Below, piece after piece: positions 9,730-18,462 of a stretch of 64,000 nt of DNA. The notes below the pieces were generated by a model, which worked only from the letters and a program-made list of their open reading frames with translations, was not told the origin of the DNA and did no database searches. This DNA is from Nanobdellota archaeon. GTDB lineage: Archaea; Aenigmatarchaeota; Aenigmatarchaeia; QMZP01. The position numbers and the translations under genes were made by a program. Where the stretch lies: positions 18,314 through 82,313 of the forward strand of contig JAHIVW010000002.1 in NCBI GenBank assembly GCA_018816245.1. Reading direction: 5' to 3'. Position 1 is the stretch's first letter, and the number at the start of each line of letters is the position of its first letter.

Positions 9730-9800
9730 TGCGGCCACCGGGGATCGAACCCGGGCTAGAAGCTTGGGAAGCTCCTGTACTACCACTATACGATGGCCGC
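9730..9800 (-). tRNA. tRNA-Gly(CCC)
   Basis: GCGGCCA/TGGCCGC acceptor, GGAGC-TT-CCC-AA-GCTTC. Confidence 0.95.
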
Positions 9801-9801
9801 G

Positions 9802-9874
9802 TGGGCCGGAGCGGATTCGAACCGCTGACATCCACCGTGTAAGGGTGGCGTCCTGACCACTGGACGACCGGCCC
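9802..9874 (-). tRNA. tRNA-Val(UAC)
   Basis: GGGCCGG/CCGGCCC acceptor, CCACC-CT-TAC-AC-GGTGG; 1 nt upstream of tRNA-Gly. Confidence 0.95.
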
Positions 9875-9899
9875 GCAGCCACTTGTTAGTGCACTACCT

Positions 9900-10634
9900 T
9901 TAAGTTGAGGTCACATCCATGACCTTCAACCCAGTTTTCTCGATTGCGAACGGATGGATGAACACGGAATGATCGGTTCGCCTCATCTTGCGCACGTTCA
10001 AGGTGCGTTTGTAATCCTCAGCAACCGGAACGAAGTCCAGTTTAATGACAGAATCAACCAGGTACTCGACAATTCCGCCGCCAGATAGTGATTCCATGGT
10101 TTCCGGAATCGTACCAGTAAAGATGGCCGTGACCTTCATTGATTTCAGTTTTTCCATCAGTCCCATGAGCACGGCACGGGCAAGGTACTCGTCCCTGATG
10201 AACATCTCGATGATAGATACGGAATCAATGACAACGCGCGACGCCCTGACTGCCTTGATTCCCTTTTCGATTTTCTCCAGGAGATCGTACGTATAGATTT
10301 TAATGAAGCGGCTTGTATCCGTCTTGCTCTGTTCCGCAGACACGTTTGGCTTGATGGACAGGAACTTCAGCTTGCCCTTTTTTTCAAGGTCATCTAGGTC
10401 CCACCCGAACATGGCATCAACATCAGCCTTGATGTCCTCTTCGCTTTGTTCTGTGGTGACATAGAATCCGGTTTCCCCTTTGTGTGCACCGTCGTAGAGG
10501 AAGGACGCACAGAAGGCTGTTTTTCCCGTCCCCGTCTTCCCGGCGATTAGGTTCACGCTCCCTTGGAAAAAGCCGCCTTCGATCTTGTCATCCAATCCTT
10601 TGATACCTGTTGAGATGCGTTTGAGTTCCCCCAT
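9900..10634 (-). CDS. KaiC/RAD55-family RecA-superfamily ATPase (single domain)
   Basis: ISTGIKGLD..GG, GKTGTGKT, RVVIDS, RTLNVRKMRRTDH. Confidence 0.9.
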   Translation of the reverse strand: MGELKRISTGIKGLDDKIEGGFFQGSVNLIAGKTGTGKTAFCASFLYDGAHKGETGFYVTTEQSEEDIKADVDAMFGWDLDDLEKKGKLKFLSIKPNVSAEQSKTDTSRFIKIYTYDLLEKIEKGIKAVRASRVVIDSVSIIEMFIRDEYLARAVLMGLMEKLKSMKVTAIFTGTIPETMESLSGGGIVEYLVDSVIKLDFVPVAEDYKRTLNVRKMRRTDHSVFIHPFAIEKTGLKVMDVTST

Positions 10635-10662
10635 ACAACGTTCTTATCGTTGGGGAGTTAAA

Positions 10663-11259
10663 TTAGTCTTTTGCTTTGCCGTGTTTCTTGAGGATGGTGT
10701 TCACATGCTCCGGAAGGTCTTCGGGTTTCACACCCGCTTTCTCGTAGCCACCGAACTGCTTCTTGTAAGCAGCCTCATTGTCCTTGAGTTTCTTGGCAAA
10801 CGCAGCGATGTGCGCACCAGTGACCCGGTCAACACTCGGAAGTACCTGTTCCCCGTGGGGAATGGCAAGGCCACCGTCGACGGCCCCCTTCAAGGCAGCG
10901 AACAACACTGACCCCTTTGTTGCGGACTGCAAGCCGATATCCAGAACAACATCCGTCACTTTTTTCTTCTTTACCTCAGCTGCGCAGAGAAAGCCGGTCA
11001 CGTATGCTGCCGGTGAATTCGCGCGATGACCTTTGTAGCCGGCCTTGGTAAGCTGCGCCGGGCCAATACTCACCAGCGTCTTGTCACCGCTTTTCTGGTG
11101 TTCAACGATCTGGCACATGATGCCATTGGTGCCGCGCCGAACAACAAACCTCGGTTTGTTTGACTTGAGCAACTTGAGACGTGCCCGGTAATCTGTCCGC
11201 TGTTCCCGGCGTCGCCGGTGCGGCACGGTGGTTGTTCGGGTATGTTTCTTCATGATCAT
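10663..11259 (-). CDS. rpl18: 50S ribosomal protein uL18
   Basis: HRRRREQRTDYRARLKLL, NSPAAYVTG, LDIGL, GAVDGGL. Confidence 0.95.
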   Translation of the reverse strand: MIMKKHTRTTTVPHRRRREQRTDYRARLKLLKSNKPRFVVRRGTNGIMCQIVEHQKSGDKTLVSIGPAQLTKAGYKGHRANSPAAYVTGFLCAAEVKKKKVTDVVLDIGLQSATKGSVLFAALKGAVDGGLAIPHGEQVLPSVDRVTGAHIAAFAKKLKDNEAAYKKQFGGYEKAGVKPEDLPEHVNTILKKHGKAKD

Positions 11260-11708
11260 CACTTCTTCTTTATTCGCAGTTTGTTTTCTGCGATGTACGT
11301 AAGCAAGTGGCGCTTGCTTCGGAAGACCCCGCCCTTGACTCGCCGGTACAACAAACGGTAATCATCCATCGACAGTTCCTTTTTCACCTTCAGGTCGTTC
11401 AAGGATTTCCGCATGCCTCGAATCCGTCGAATGTGCCGTTCTTTCGGAGGCGCGCGAGCTCCCTGCTTCCCTTTCTTGGAACCGGTTCCGAAACGACGAC
11501 CGCGAGCTTTTTGCCTCTTGATTTTCTTGGACAGTGCTTTGGTTGTTCCCTTCTTCTGGACCTTGACAATCGAGCCGTTTTTAATCAGACCGCGAATGTC
11601 TTCACGTGTCAGTGCTTCTAACACAGCTTTCGCATCCATGATGCGCACGCGTGTGACACCACACTTCAGCAGGTTAGCGGCGACGCGCCGGTGGTTTTCG
11701 ATTGGCAT
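11259..11708 (-). CDS. rpl19e: 50S ribosomal protein eL19
   Basis: RRVAANLLKCG, TREDIRGLI, GSKKGKQGAR, YRLLYRRVKGG. Confidence 0.95.
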   Translation of the reverse strand: MPIENHRRVAANLLKCGVTRVRIMDAKAVLEALTREDIRGLIKNGSIVKVQKKGTTKALSKKIKRQKARGRRFGTGSKKGKQGARAPPKERHIRRIRGMRKSLNDLKVKKELSMDDYRLLYRRVKGGVFRSKRHLLTYIAENKLRIKKK

Positions 11709-12327
11709 AGTCTCCTCGTCGTTTGTCGCGATGCCGGCCTGGCTGCGACTTCGGCTCGCGTTCATCAAGGAAGTCCTTTAATTCATAGGAGAAATCTTCC
11801 TTATTCCCGCGATGTTTGTGGATCTCGCGGGCGAGTAAAAAGAAAATGAGCGCAAGTGATTTCTTTCCGTTGTTGTTCACCGGCAGCACAAGGTCAACAT
11901 TCTTGGCGCTGTTAAAGGTGCCGCACAACGCGACAATAGGGATCCGTTTCTGTTTCGCTTCAACAATAACCTGTTCATCAATCAACGGGTCAACAACAAA
12001 CACAACATCAGGTTCCGTGAAATCGCGATAGGCAGGATTGGTGAGCGTGCCAGGGTTGAAGCGGCCGGAAATCGCTGTTGACTTGGTCGCCTTGGCAAAG
12101 GTCGTGATGGATTTTGCAGCAGTATCTTTCCGGGAGACCACCAGAATCTTCTCGAATGATGCAAGGAACGACGCCGCGATTGTGAGGCGTTCATCCACCT
12201 TCTGGAGGTTGAAGACCGCGAGCCCGTCCTCCCGGACCTTGTAGACGTATTCTTTCATGTACTGGTTGCACGTCTTCATGCCGATATGAATACCAGCGGT
12301 CAGATAATCGGTTTTCTCCGTCAACAT
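11674..12327 (-). CDS. rps2: 30S ribosomal protein uS2
   Basis: YLTAGIHIG, GRFNPGTLTNP, EPDVVFVVDP, PVNNNGKKSL. Confidence 0.95.
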   Translation of the reverse strand: MLTEKTDYLTAGIHIGMKTCNQYMKEYVYKVREDGLAVFNLQKVDERLTIAASFLASFEKILVVSRKDTAAKSITTFAKATKSTAISGRFNPGTLTNPAYRDFTEPDVVFVVDPLIDEQVIVEAKQKRIPIVALCGTFNSAKNVDLVLPVNNNGKKSLALIFFLLAREIHKHRGNKEDFSYELKDFLDEREPKSQPGRHRDKRRGDYANRKPPARRR

Positions 12328-12373
12328 GGGTCCTCGAAGGTGTAGAATATAGGAAGGGTCCTTTTAAATACCC

Positions 12374-12562
12374 TCACTCGCGGCGCTTGACATCAATGGG
12401 AATGACCCCTTTGTTCCATTCGAATTGTGCAATTTCCAGAGGGGTATTGAGCGCACGTGGCACCTTGATGAACGGCGGCGATCCTTGGGCCAGCTGGAGC
12501 GCCCGGGCAGCGATAATTCTGGTCCGCTCGTAGCGAGTGTACTTGCGAGAAAGATCGACCAT
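12374..12562 (-). CDS. rpoK: RNA polymerase subunit Rpo6 (K)
   Basis: YTRYERTRIIAARALQL..G.P, PLEIAQFE..GVIP. Confidence 0.93.
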   Translation of the reverse strand: MVDLSRKYTRYERTRIIAARALQLAQGSPPFIKVPRALNTPLEIAQFEWNKGVIPIDVKRRE

Positions 12563-12595
12563 AGGCGCTCTATTCAACCCTTGCACATTTAAGCG

Positions 12596-13390
12596 TTACC
12601 CAATGTACCGGAGCTGCTCCTTTTCTTCCGGCGCTCCGTGCTCTTCCTTACTGAGTTGCTGAAGCGCTTTGCGTTGCAGGGTTTCGACTTTCTTAATGAA
12701 AGATTCCATTTCCTTGACGCGTTCATCGAGCCGGCTCATATTGACCTTGATCCCCAAAATCTTGATCAACACTTTCAACACCATCTCAGCAGCTCGCGGA
12801 TCAGTAACAATCGGGAAGCCGCTCGTTTCACCGAGCAAACAGATACCATCCATCCCACGTTCCCGGCCAAGACCAGGAAGCAGGCCAGCTGCACCAACAA
12901 TGTAGCCAACCTTTTCACCGGCGTTGAAGTCAATACCATATTTCTTATATTTCTTGAGAAGCGCCTCATCGTTGATTGCACCAAGTACGTGGGACGCGTC
13001 TTCAATCTCACCTGTTGCCAAGCCGCCAATTGTGATGATTTCCTTCACCTTGAAGGCGTCAGCCAGGTCAAGGATCTTTTCGCCGATTTCATAGTGGCCA
13101 TTTGGAGACAACGATTGAGAGTCACCAACAAGCAGAATCAGGTCGCGGGCCTTTGCTGTTTTTGCTTTGTAATAATAGAACTCGTTCTTTAGTAAGTGAA
13201 TTTTGTAATTATCCTGGAGCATGACGAAGGGAAAGAAGTGCTCAGAGTAGAGCTGGGCAAAGGATTTCGCTTTGAGCTCCTTAACGAGGTAGTCAACGGC
13301 CACGCGACCGATGTTTCCCACTCCCGGGAGGCCGACGAGGAGGATTGGCCGCCGGAGCTTGGGCTTGCTGAAGACAGTTACGGTAGTCAT
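12596..13390 (-). CDS. Proteasome assembly chaperone PAC2 family protein
   Basis: GLPGVGNIG, LVGDSQ, IITIGG, IVGAAGLL, CLLGET, DPRAA, C-terminal YIG. Confidence 0.88.
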   Translation of the reverse strand: MTTVTVFSKPKLRRPILLVGLPGVGNIGRVAVDYLVKELKAKSFAQLYSEHFFPFVMLQDNYKIHLLKNEFYYYKAKTAKARDLILLVGDSQSLSPNGHYEIGEKILDLADAFKVKEIITIGGLATGEIEDASHVLGAINDEALLKKYKKYGIDFNAGEKVGYIVGAAGLLPGLGRERGMDGICLLGETSGFPIVTDPRAAEMVLKVLIKILGIKVNMSRLDERVKEMESFIKKVETLQRKALQQLSKEEHGAPEEKEQLRYIG

Positions 13391-13430
13391 GAGAATGGTT
13401 GATATTAACGCGGGCGAATATAAAGGGGCG

Positions 13431-13449
13431 TGTATCACACTGTGATACA
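13431..13449. repeat. Dispersed palindrome copy 2 (perfect 19-bp TGTATCACA-C-TGTGATACA)
   Basis: Between the divergent PAC2 and tRNA-Glu promoters; symmetric A>C/T>G variant of the consensus. Confidence 0.7.
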
Positions 13450-13495
13450 ACGAGCAAAAAGGCACTTAAAACACCACCACACAACTAACCACGCT

Positions 13496-13568
13496 GCCCC
13501 CGTCGTCTAGTGGCCAAGGATACGGGCTTCTCGAGCCTGGGACCCGGGTTCAAATCCCGGCGGGGGCG
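13496..13568 (+). tRNA. tRNA-Glu(CUC)
   Basis: GCCCCCG/CGGGGGC acceptor, CGGGC-TT-CTC-GA-GCCTG. Confidence 0.95.
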
Positions 13569-13621
13569 TCACCTCCTAGTGGCAACTTTATAAATCATTA
13601 GTCAAATTTCAATGAGATCCT

Positions 13622-14440
13622 ATGGTAATGGCCTTTATCTCTGATTTACATGGGAATCGTGAGGCAGCTGATGCTGTCTTCAATGATATTGCAGAAAGAG
13701 GCATCAACCAAGTCTACCATCTCGGGGATTTGATTGGATACGGGCCTGATTCTGTTTACGTGGCAAACGCAGTCTTTGATCGAGGAATCCCCGGAGTCCC
13801 GGGAAATCATGAAGTTGGTATTCTCAAAGACACGTACGATACTTGGAATGACCTTGCGGCGAATGCCGGGAGATACACTCGAAACCTCTTACTCAAAGAC
13901 GATAACATTGCAGTGACTAATCAACTCTGGGAATTAGTGCGAGGACCTCGCTACCGGCTTTTTGAAGTTCCTATGGACGGCGATAAAGAACCAGCAACTG
14001 GTTTGATCGTCCACGGCGCCCCACACAAAGGAGAGGAAGTCGATGACTATCTTAAATCCTATCATCTTGACGGGAGACCGTATGGATGGGGTTGGTCAGA
14101 CGAACTTAGAAAAGCAGAAGAGATTTGCGGTAAGGAAGTGCATGCACTGCTTCATGGTCATACACACAGACCTCTCATCAGAACCAGCGACCTCAACGGC
14201 TCGGGAGATTTCGAAGACCCGTACCTGTATGTTGTGAATGTTGGATCCGTTGGCCAACCAAGAGACGAAAACCCACGAGCATGCTACACCATCATCCACG
14301 ATGACGGATGTGTTGAGCATATTCGTGTTGACTACGATTTCAGAACAACCATGAAAAAAATTGAGCAGCTTGGGAAAACTGGAGAACTTATGTCAGAAAC
14401 AGCGGAACTTCTCTCAGGGCGTCTCGAATTCGGCCAGTAA
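13622..14440 (+). CDS. Calcineurin-like metallophosphoesterase (MJ0912/YfcE-like)
   Basis: SDLHGN, LGDLIGYG, GNHE, VHGAP, GHTH, NVGSVGQPRD; TATA TTTATAAA near 13587. Confidence 0.9.
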   Translation: MVMAFISDLHGNREAADAVFNDIAERGINQVYHLGDLIGYGPDSVYVANAVFDRGIPGVPGNHEVGILKDTYDTWNDLAANAGRYTRNLLLKDDNIAVTNQLWELVRGPRYRLFEVPMDGDKEPATGLIVHGAPHKGEEVDDYLKSYHLDGRPYGWGWSDELRKAEEICGKEVHALLHGHTHRPLIRTSDLNGSGDFEDPYLYVVNVGSVGQPRDENPRACYTIIHDDGCVEHIRVDYDFRTTMKKIEQLGKTGELMSETAELLSGRLEFGQ

Positions 14441-14477
14441 CACCTTCTTAAACCTCACGCGCCAAACACAACCGCAC

Positions 14478-14551
14478 GGGCGGGTAGCTCAGCTGGTTAG
14501 AGCACTCGACTGATAATCGAGAGGTCGTGAGTTCGAATCTCATCCTGCCCA
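14478..14551 (+). tRNA. tRNA-Ile(GAU)
   Basis: GGGCGGG/CCTGCCC acceptor, CTCGA-CT-GAT-AA-TCGAG. Confidence 0.95.
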
Positions 14552-15103
14552 TCACCACGGGGTCTGTTTTACCTTCAGCTTGTAGCCGATGTAACATGCA
14601 GCCCAGTGGACGAGTGGTGTGATGATTAACAACAGAATCGCCCACTCAAGTTTCACGAGCACAACCAATGCCACAAACACCAGCGATCCGACAATGAAAT
14701 TGTCCTGATCCAAGACCGGTGCCGCTGCGCCGCGTATCAAGTTGATTCGCCGCTTGAAGAACGAACTTACCATATCACCACAGATTGCACCAAACCCGAG
14801 TACAGCACCAAGCACCGGCGACATTGGCACGATCGTCAACGGCACGTCAGAAATCCAGAATGGCACGTACGGAAACGCAAGCATCTGGATGGTCCCGATC
14901 ACAGCACCGATAAGCGTCCCAAAAATCCATCCTTCCCAGGTTTTTCCTGGCCCCAACAATGGTTTTCCCCGGAACAACAGTCCGCCGTCAACAGGGTGTT
15001 TCCCCCGGGCAAGCGGCACCAAGCCGTTCGCGGCATAGGCAGGGAGAATGATCCAGATCGCCTCGACGAGGGTGTAAATCGTAAAAACAGCCCCCCAATC
15101 CAT
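14552..15103 (-). CDS. carS: CDP-archaeol synthase (CarS, DUF46)
   Basis: LPAYAANG, PVDGG..LLGPGKTWEG, GDMVSSFFKRR, APVLDQ, IGYKLKVK.TPW. Confidence 0.92.
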   Translation of the reverse strand: MDWGAVFTIYTLVEAIWIILPAYAANGLVPLARGKHPVDGGLLFRGKPLLGPGKTWEGWIFGTLIGAVIGTIQMLAFPYVPFWISDVPLTIVPMSPVLGAVLGFGAICGDMVSSFFKRRINLIRGAAAPVLDQDNFIVGSLVFVALVVLVKLEWAILLLIITPLVHWAACYIGYKLKVKQTPW

Positions 15104-15169
15104 AGGAATCCCTTATTGCGCGACGCTTATATCCGAACAAATATATAGGGACATCCCAATTGGGGTGCA

Positions 15170-15241
15170 GGGCCGGTAGATCAATGGTAGATCGCTGCCT
15201 TCGCAAGGCAGAGGCTCCGGGTTCAAGTCCCGGCCGGTCCA
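15170..15241 (+). tRNA. tRNA-Ala(CGC)
   Basis: GGGCCGG/CCGGTCC with G3:U70, CTGCC-TT-CGC-AA-GGCAG. Confidence 0.95.
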
Positions 15242-15242
15242 T

Positions 15243-15956
15243 ATGACAGTCATAGCGTACGCTACCGATATCCACGGTGACGTCCACATCTTCGAGAAGC
15301 TCTTCCGGGAGGCAGAACAGAAACGCATTAAGGCGATCCTTATTGGTGGCGATGTGTTCCCGGAGTTTGATGTTGTTCTGCAGCGGGCATTCATCAGGGA
15401 ATATCTCATCCCCCGTCTCACGTCATTCCAAAAACGGATCCAGAAACCAGTCTACCTGATCCTCGGCAACGATGATTTCATGATTAATATCGATCTTCTC
15501 GAACAGGCACACAACAAGAAACTGCTCTTTTTCCTCCATAACAAGGTGACGACATTTGAAACACATTCACTTATTGGTTATGGGTTTGTCAACCGAACAC
15601 CGTTCCACTTCCCGGACTGGGAAAAGGATGACGATGTAATCTTCAAGGAGCTCATGACACTTGCAAAGAAACAACAGCCAGAAGAAACAATATTAGTTGC
15701 CCATGTCCCTCCAAGCAACTCAAAGCTTGATGTTCTCTACGATGGATCATTTGTCGGTTCTTCTGGTATACGACAATTCATCGAAACATGGGGACCACAC
15801 TTTGCATTCTTCGGACACATTCACGAATCACCTGAAATGAGCGGTGCCTGGAAAGAAAAAATTGGAAAAACTCTCTGTATCAATCCTGGCAATGGTAATA
15901 TTGTGATCGCCAATCTGCATGACCAGAATGATATCCGGCGCATCTCGAAGTTTTAA
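15243..15956 (+). CDS. Icc-like metallophosphoesterase
   Basis: TDIHG, GGD, GNDD, HVPP, GHIHE, INPG. Confidence 0.88.
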   Translation: MTVIAYATDIHGDVHIFEKLFREAEQKRIKAILIGGDVFPEFDVVLQRAFIREYLIPRLTSFQKRIQKPVYLILGNDDFMINIDLLEQAHNKKLLFFLHNKVTTFETHSLIGYGFVNRTPFHFPDWEKDDDVIFKELMTLAKKQQPEETILVAHVPPSNSKLDVLYDGSFVGSSGIRQFIETWGPHFAFFGHIHESPEMSGAWKEKIGKTLCINPGNGNIVIANLHDQNDIRRISKF

Positions 15957-15977
15957 ACGGGGAAACAAATACTCGCT

Positions 15978-16589
15978 ATGATTAAGGCAATTTTCTTTGA
16001 TTGGGGAGGCACCCTGACCTACGGATCCATTTTCGGATTGGTTGCTGCACGGCTTGCTCATGTCCTTCCCGTCAGTAAGCGCAGGATTGCTGAGGCACTT
16101 GAAAAGAAAAATCACGACTACCTCACCGGAAAGGTGAGTTCACAGACCTTCTGGACAGCATTCGCCGATACACTGGGTATCCACCTCCAGCTCCAATTAT
16201 TCAATCGGATCCTGCTGGAAGCAGGTGAGGTTAACAAGGAGATGCTCACCCTTGTCGATGAAGTGAGGAAGCACTATCATGTTGGTCTGCTCTCCGATAA
16301 TTACAAAGAGCTCGCTGTTCACATCGTCAAGAAGTATCATCTCCACAAGCGTTTTGACGTGCTTGTCTTCTCCCAAGAACTCGGGTTCAAGAAACCGGAC
16401 CCGCGCATCTACCGGATTGCTTGCCGGAAACTCCGGATCAAACCAGAGGAATGTGTGTTTCTTGATGATAAACATAAGAATATTCTGGGAGCACGGCGCG
16501 TTGGAATGAAAGGAATCCATTTTAAGTCCGTCGGTCAGGCGCGACTCGCGTTGCGCCGGCTGAATATTCAGGTTGCGAGAAGCGTATGA
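15978..16589 (+). CDS. HAD-family phosphatase (subfamily IA)
   Basis: IFFDWGGTL, LLSD, KKPDPRIY, VFLDD. Confidence 0.9.
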   Translation: MIKAIFFDWGGTLTYGSIFGLVAARLAHVLPVSKRRIAEALEKKNHDYLTGKVSSQTFWTAFADTLGIHLQLQLFNRILLEAGEVNKEMLTLVDEVRKHYHVGLLSDNYKELAVHIVKKYHLHKRFDVLVFSQELGFKKPDPRIYRIACRKLRIKPEECVFLDDKHKNILGARRVGMKGIHFKSVGQARLALRRLNIQVARSV

Positions 16590-17185
16590 TCAAGGCGATC
16601 CTTTTTGATTTCGGTGGAGTATTGGTCAACCCATCAACCTATATTTTCCGGCGGGCGGCCCGGGAGTTCAATCTCGATCGTGCACAATTACATGAACTGA
16701 TTGACAAGGTTGTTGCAAAGCTCGAGGTTGGATCGCCATTAAAAAAGGAACAGAAACGACTTGAAGACGTCGTCAGACACCCCATTCCCTTGAAAACCTT
16801 CCTTGACGTTTTTGTTGGCGAATACAGGCGACATCTAAAAGCGAACATCAACATGGCAAAGTTTGTACGATCTCTTGCGAAACATTACCAGGTCGGTGTC
16901 ATCTCCAATATCATTACCGAGCATGCGGCAATCAATCGTCGTCACGGTCTGTATAAGGGATTCGACGTTGTCGCCCTTTCAAATGAACTTGGAATCAGGA
17001 AACCGAATCCAGCAATCTATCGGTATGTCATGAAACGCCTGAAACGAAAGCCAGAAGAATGCGTCTTTACTGATGACCTCCCTGAGAACGTTGAGTCCGC
17101 AAGACAGCTCGACATGCATGCATTCCAGTTCCATAACATCATCCAACTCAAGAGGGACCTCAAGGAGCTTGGTGTTCACTTTTAA
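16586..17185 (+). CDS. HAD-family phosphatase (subfamily IA), tandem paralog
   Basis: LFDFGGVL, ISN, RKPNPAIY, VFTDD; ATGA overlap. Confidence 0.9.
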   Translation: MIKAILFDFGGVLVNPSTYIFRRAAREFNLDRAQLHELIDKVVAKLEVGSPLKKEQKRLEDVVRHPIPLKTFLDVFVGEYRRHLKANINMAKFVRSLAKHYQVGVISNIITEHAAINRRHGLYKGFDVVALSNELGIRKPNPAIYRYVMKRLKRKPEECVFTDDLPENVESARQLDMHAFQFHNIIQLKRDLKELGVHF

Positions 17186-17236
17186 AGTCTTGATCGTCAA
17201 CCACAACCAGATGATGAGCCAGTGATGATGATCCGG

Positions 17237-17917
17237 CTATTCACCGGGATGATTATGACGGGCAATCTGATACCTCACTTGTTTTCGTACAAGTGGTGAT
17301 GGCGCTTCTTGTTCTTTCTCTTTCCCACCAGAAAACATTCGCTTCACCGTGAAGAGGAGCTTCAGCACAATTTCGAGAACCAATGTATAGATGATAAACC
17401 CGCCAATCTGGAACTGGAATGACGGAAGCGCGAGAATGCGTTCATAAAACAAATCCAGTGAGAAGAAATTCGGCTGGACAAGAAATACCCCAAGCAAAGC
17501 AAGCGGAATGAGCTTTGCAAGATCCCGTGCCAGATCCTCGTTATAATACGCTGCGATCCGTGTTGCCGAAATAACGGTGATCGAGATCAAGATGATCGTT
17601 TCAATTGCCTGTTCCTTTGCGAGGAGAAAGAGGAATGAGGACAAGATAACGAACAGGATAAACGTGATGATTGGAAACAGGATGAGGTACTTGAGAATGA
17701 ACAGAAACCCACCAAGCGCGTTTTCCGCAGCAACTTTAAATCCAGATCCCTGAATATGGTGATAGTGGAAGAAGTCCCGCTTGCTCAGAATCTGATAGTA
17801 ATGCCAGACAACAATGGCATAGATCGCCATGGCGATCGAGAATGTCGTAGCAGTGTAGGCATTCACGGCAAAGTTGGTGTAGATCAGTTCAAGAAAGGGA
17901 AATACAACATCGATCAC
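17237..17917 (-). CDS. Multi-pass membrane hypothetical protein (start uncertain)
   Basis: About five hydrophobic segments; RIAAYYNEDLARDLAKLIP. Confidence 0.7.
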   Translation of the reverse strand: MIDVVFPFLELIYTNFAVNAYTATTFSIAMAIYAIVVWHYYQILSKRDFFHYHHIQGSGFKVAAENALGGFLFILKYLILFPIITFILFVILSSFLFLLAKEQAIETIILISITVISATRIAAYYNEDLARDLAKLIPLALLGVFLVQPNFFSLDLFYERILALPSFQFQIGGFIIYTLVLEIVLKLLFTVKRMFSGGKEKEQEAPSPLVRKQVRYQIARHNHPGE

Positions 17918-17976
17918 CTTCTTTTCTTGGTTTCCTGACTTAAACCTTTTTGTTTCTTGTGTCTCCAAGAAGAAGC

Positions 17977-18462
17977 ATGCGGGACGTCGAGATCTTCACT
18001 GACAGGATCGGAAAAGGGAACCAGCTCACCCATTGGCGGGAGGCACGGAGTTTCTGGCGCGTTTTCGTCAACGTTACGACAAGCGGGATCATTAGGCGCC
18101 TCCCGTGGATGGGGCTGAAAAACACCCTGTACCGGCAGCTCATGGGGGTGACAATCGGGAAGGATGTGAGCGTTGCCTATGGGGTCGTGTTCGATATGTT
18201 CTTCCCAGAACACATTTCCATTGGAAACCGGGTCATTATCGGTTTCAATTCTGTGCTGCTTACCCATGAATTTTTATTGAACGAATGGCGACGAGGATCA
18301 GTAACAATCGGGAATGACGTGGAAATTGGGGCCTGGTCCCTAATCATGCCTGGTGTCACGATCGGAGATGGCGCGCGAATCGCTGCATACTCTTTAGTAA
18401 ATAAAGACGTTCCTCCTAGAACATTTGTTGGCGGCGTTCCAGCAGTACCAATCAAACGGTAA
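17977..18462 (+). CDS. Hexapeptide-repeat (LbH) acyltransferase
   Basis: GVTIGKDV, ISIGNRVIIG, VTIGNDVEIG, PGVTIGDGA, GGVPA. Confidence 0.88.
   Translation: MRDVEIFTDRIGKGNQLTHWREARSFWRVFVNVTTSGIIRRLPWMGLKNTLYRQLMGVTIGKDVSVAYGVVFDMFFPEHISIGNRVIIGFNSVLLTHEFLLNEWRRGSVTIGNDVEIGAWSLIMPGVTIGDGARIAAYSLVNKDVPPRTFVGGVPAVPIKR

Noticed and set aside
13433..13447. Thermococcales glycolytic motif (TATCAC-N5-GTGATA, TrmBL1 site)
   Set aside because: The spacer here is 3 nt, the flanking genes are not glycolytic, and the site fits the dispersed palindrome family better.
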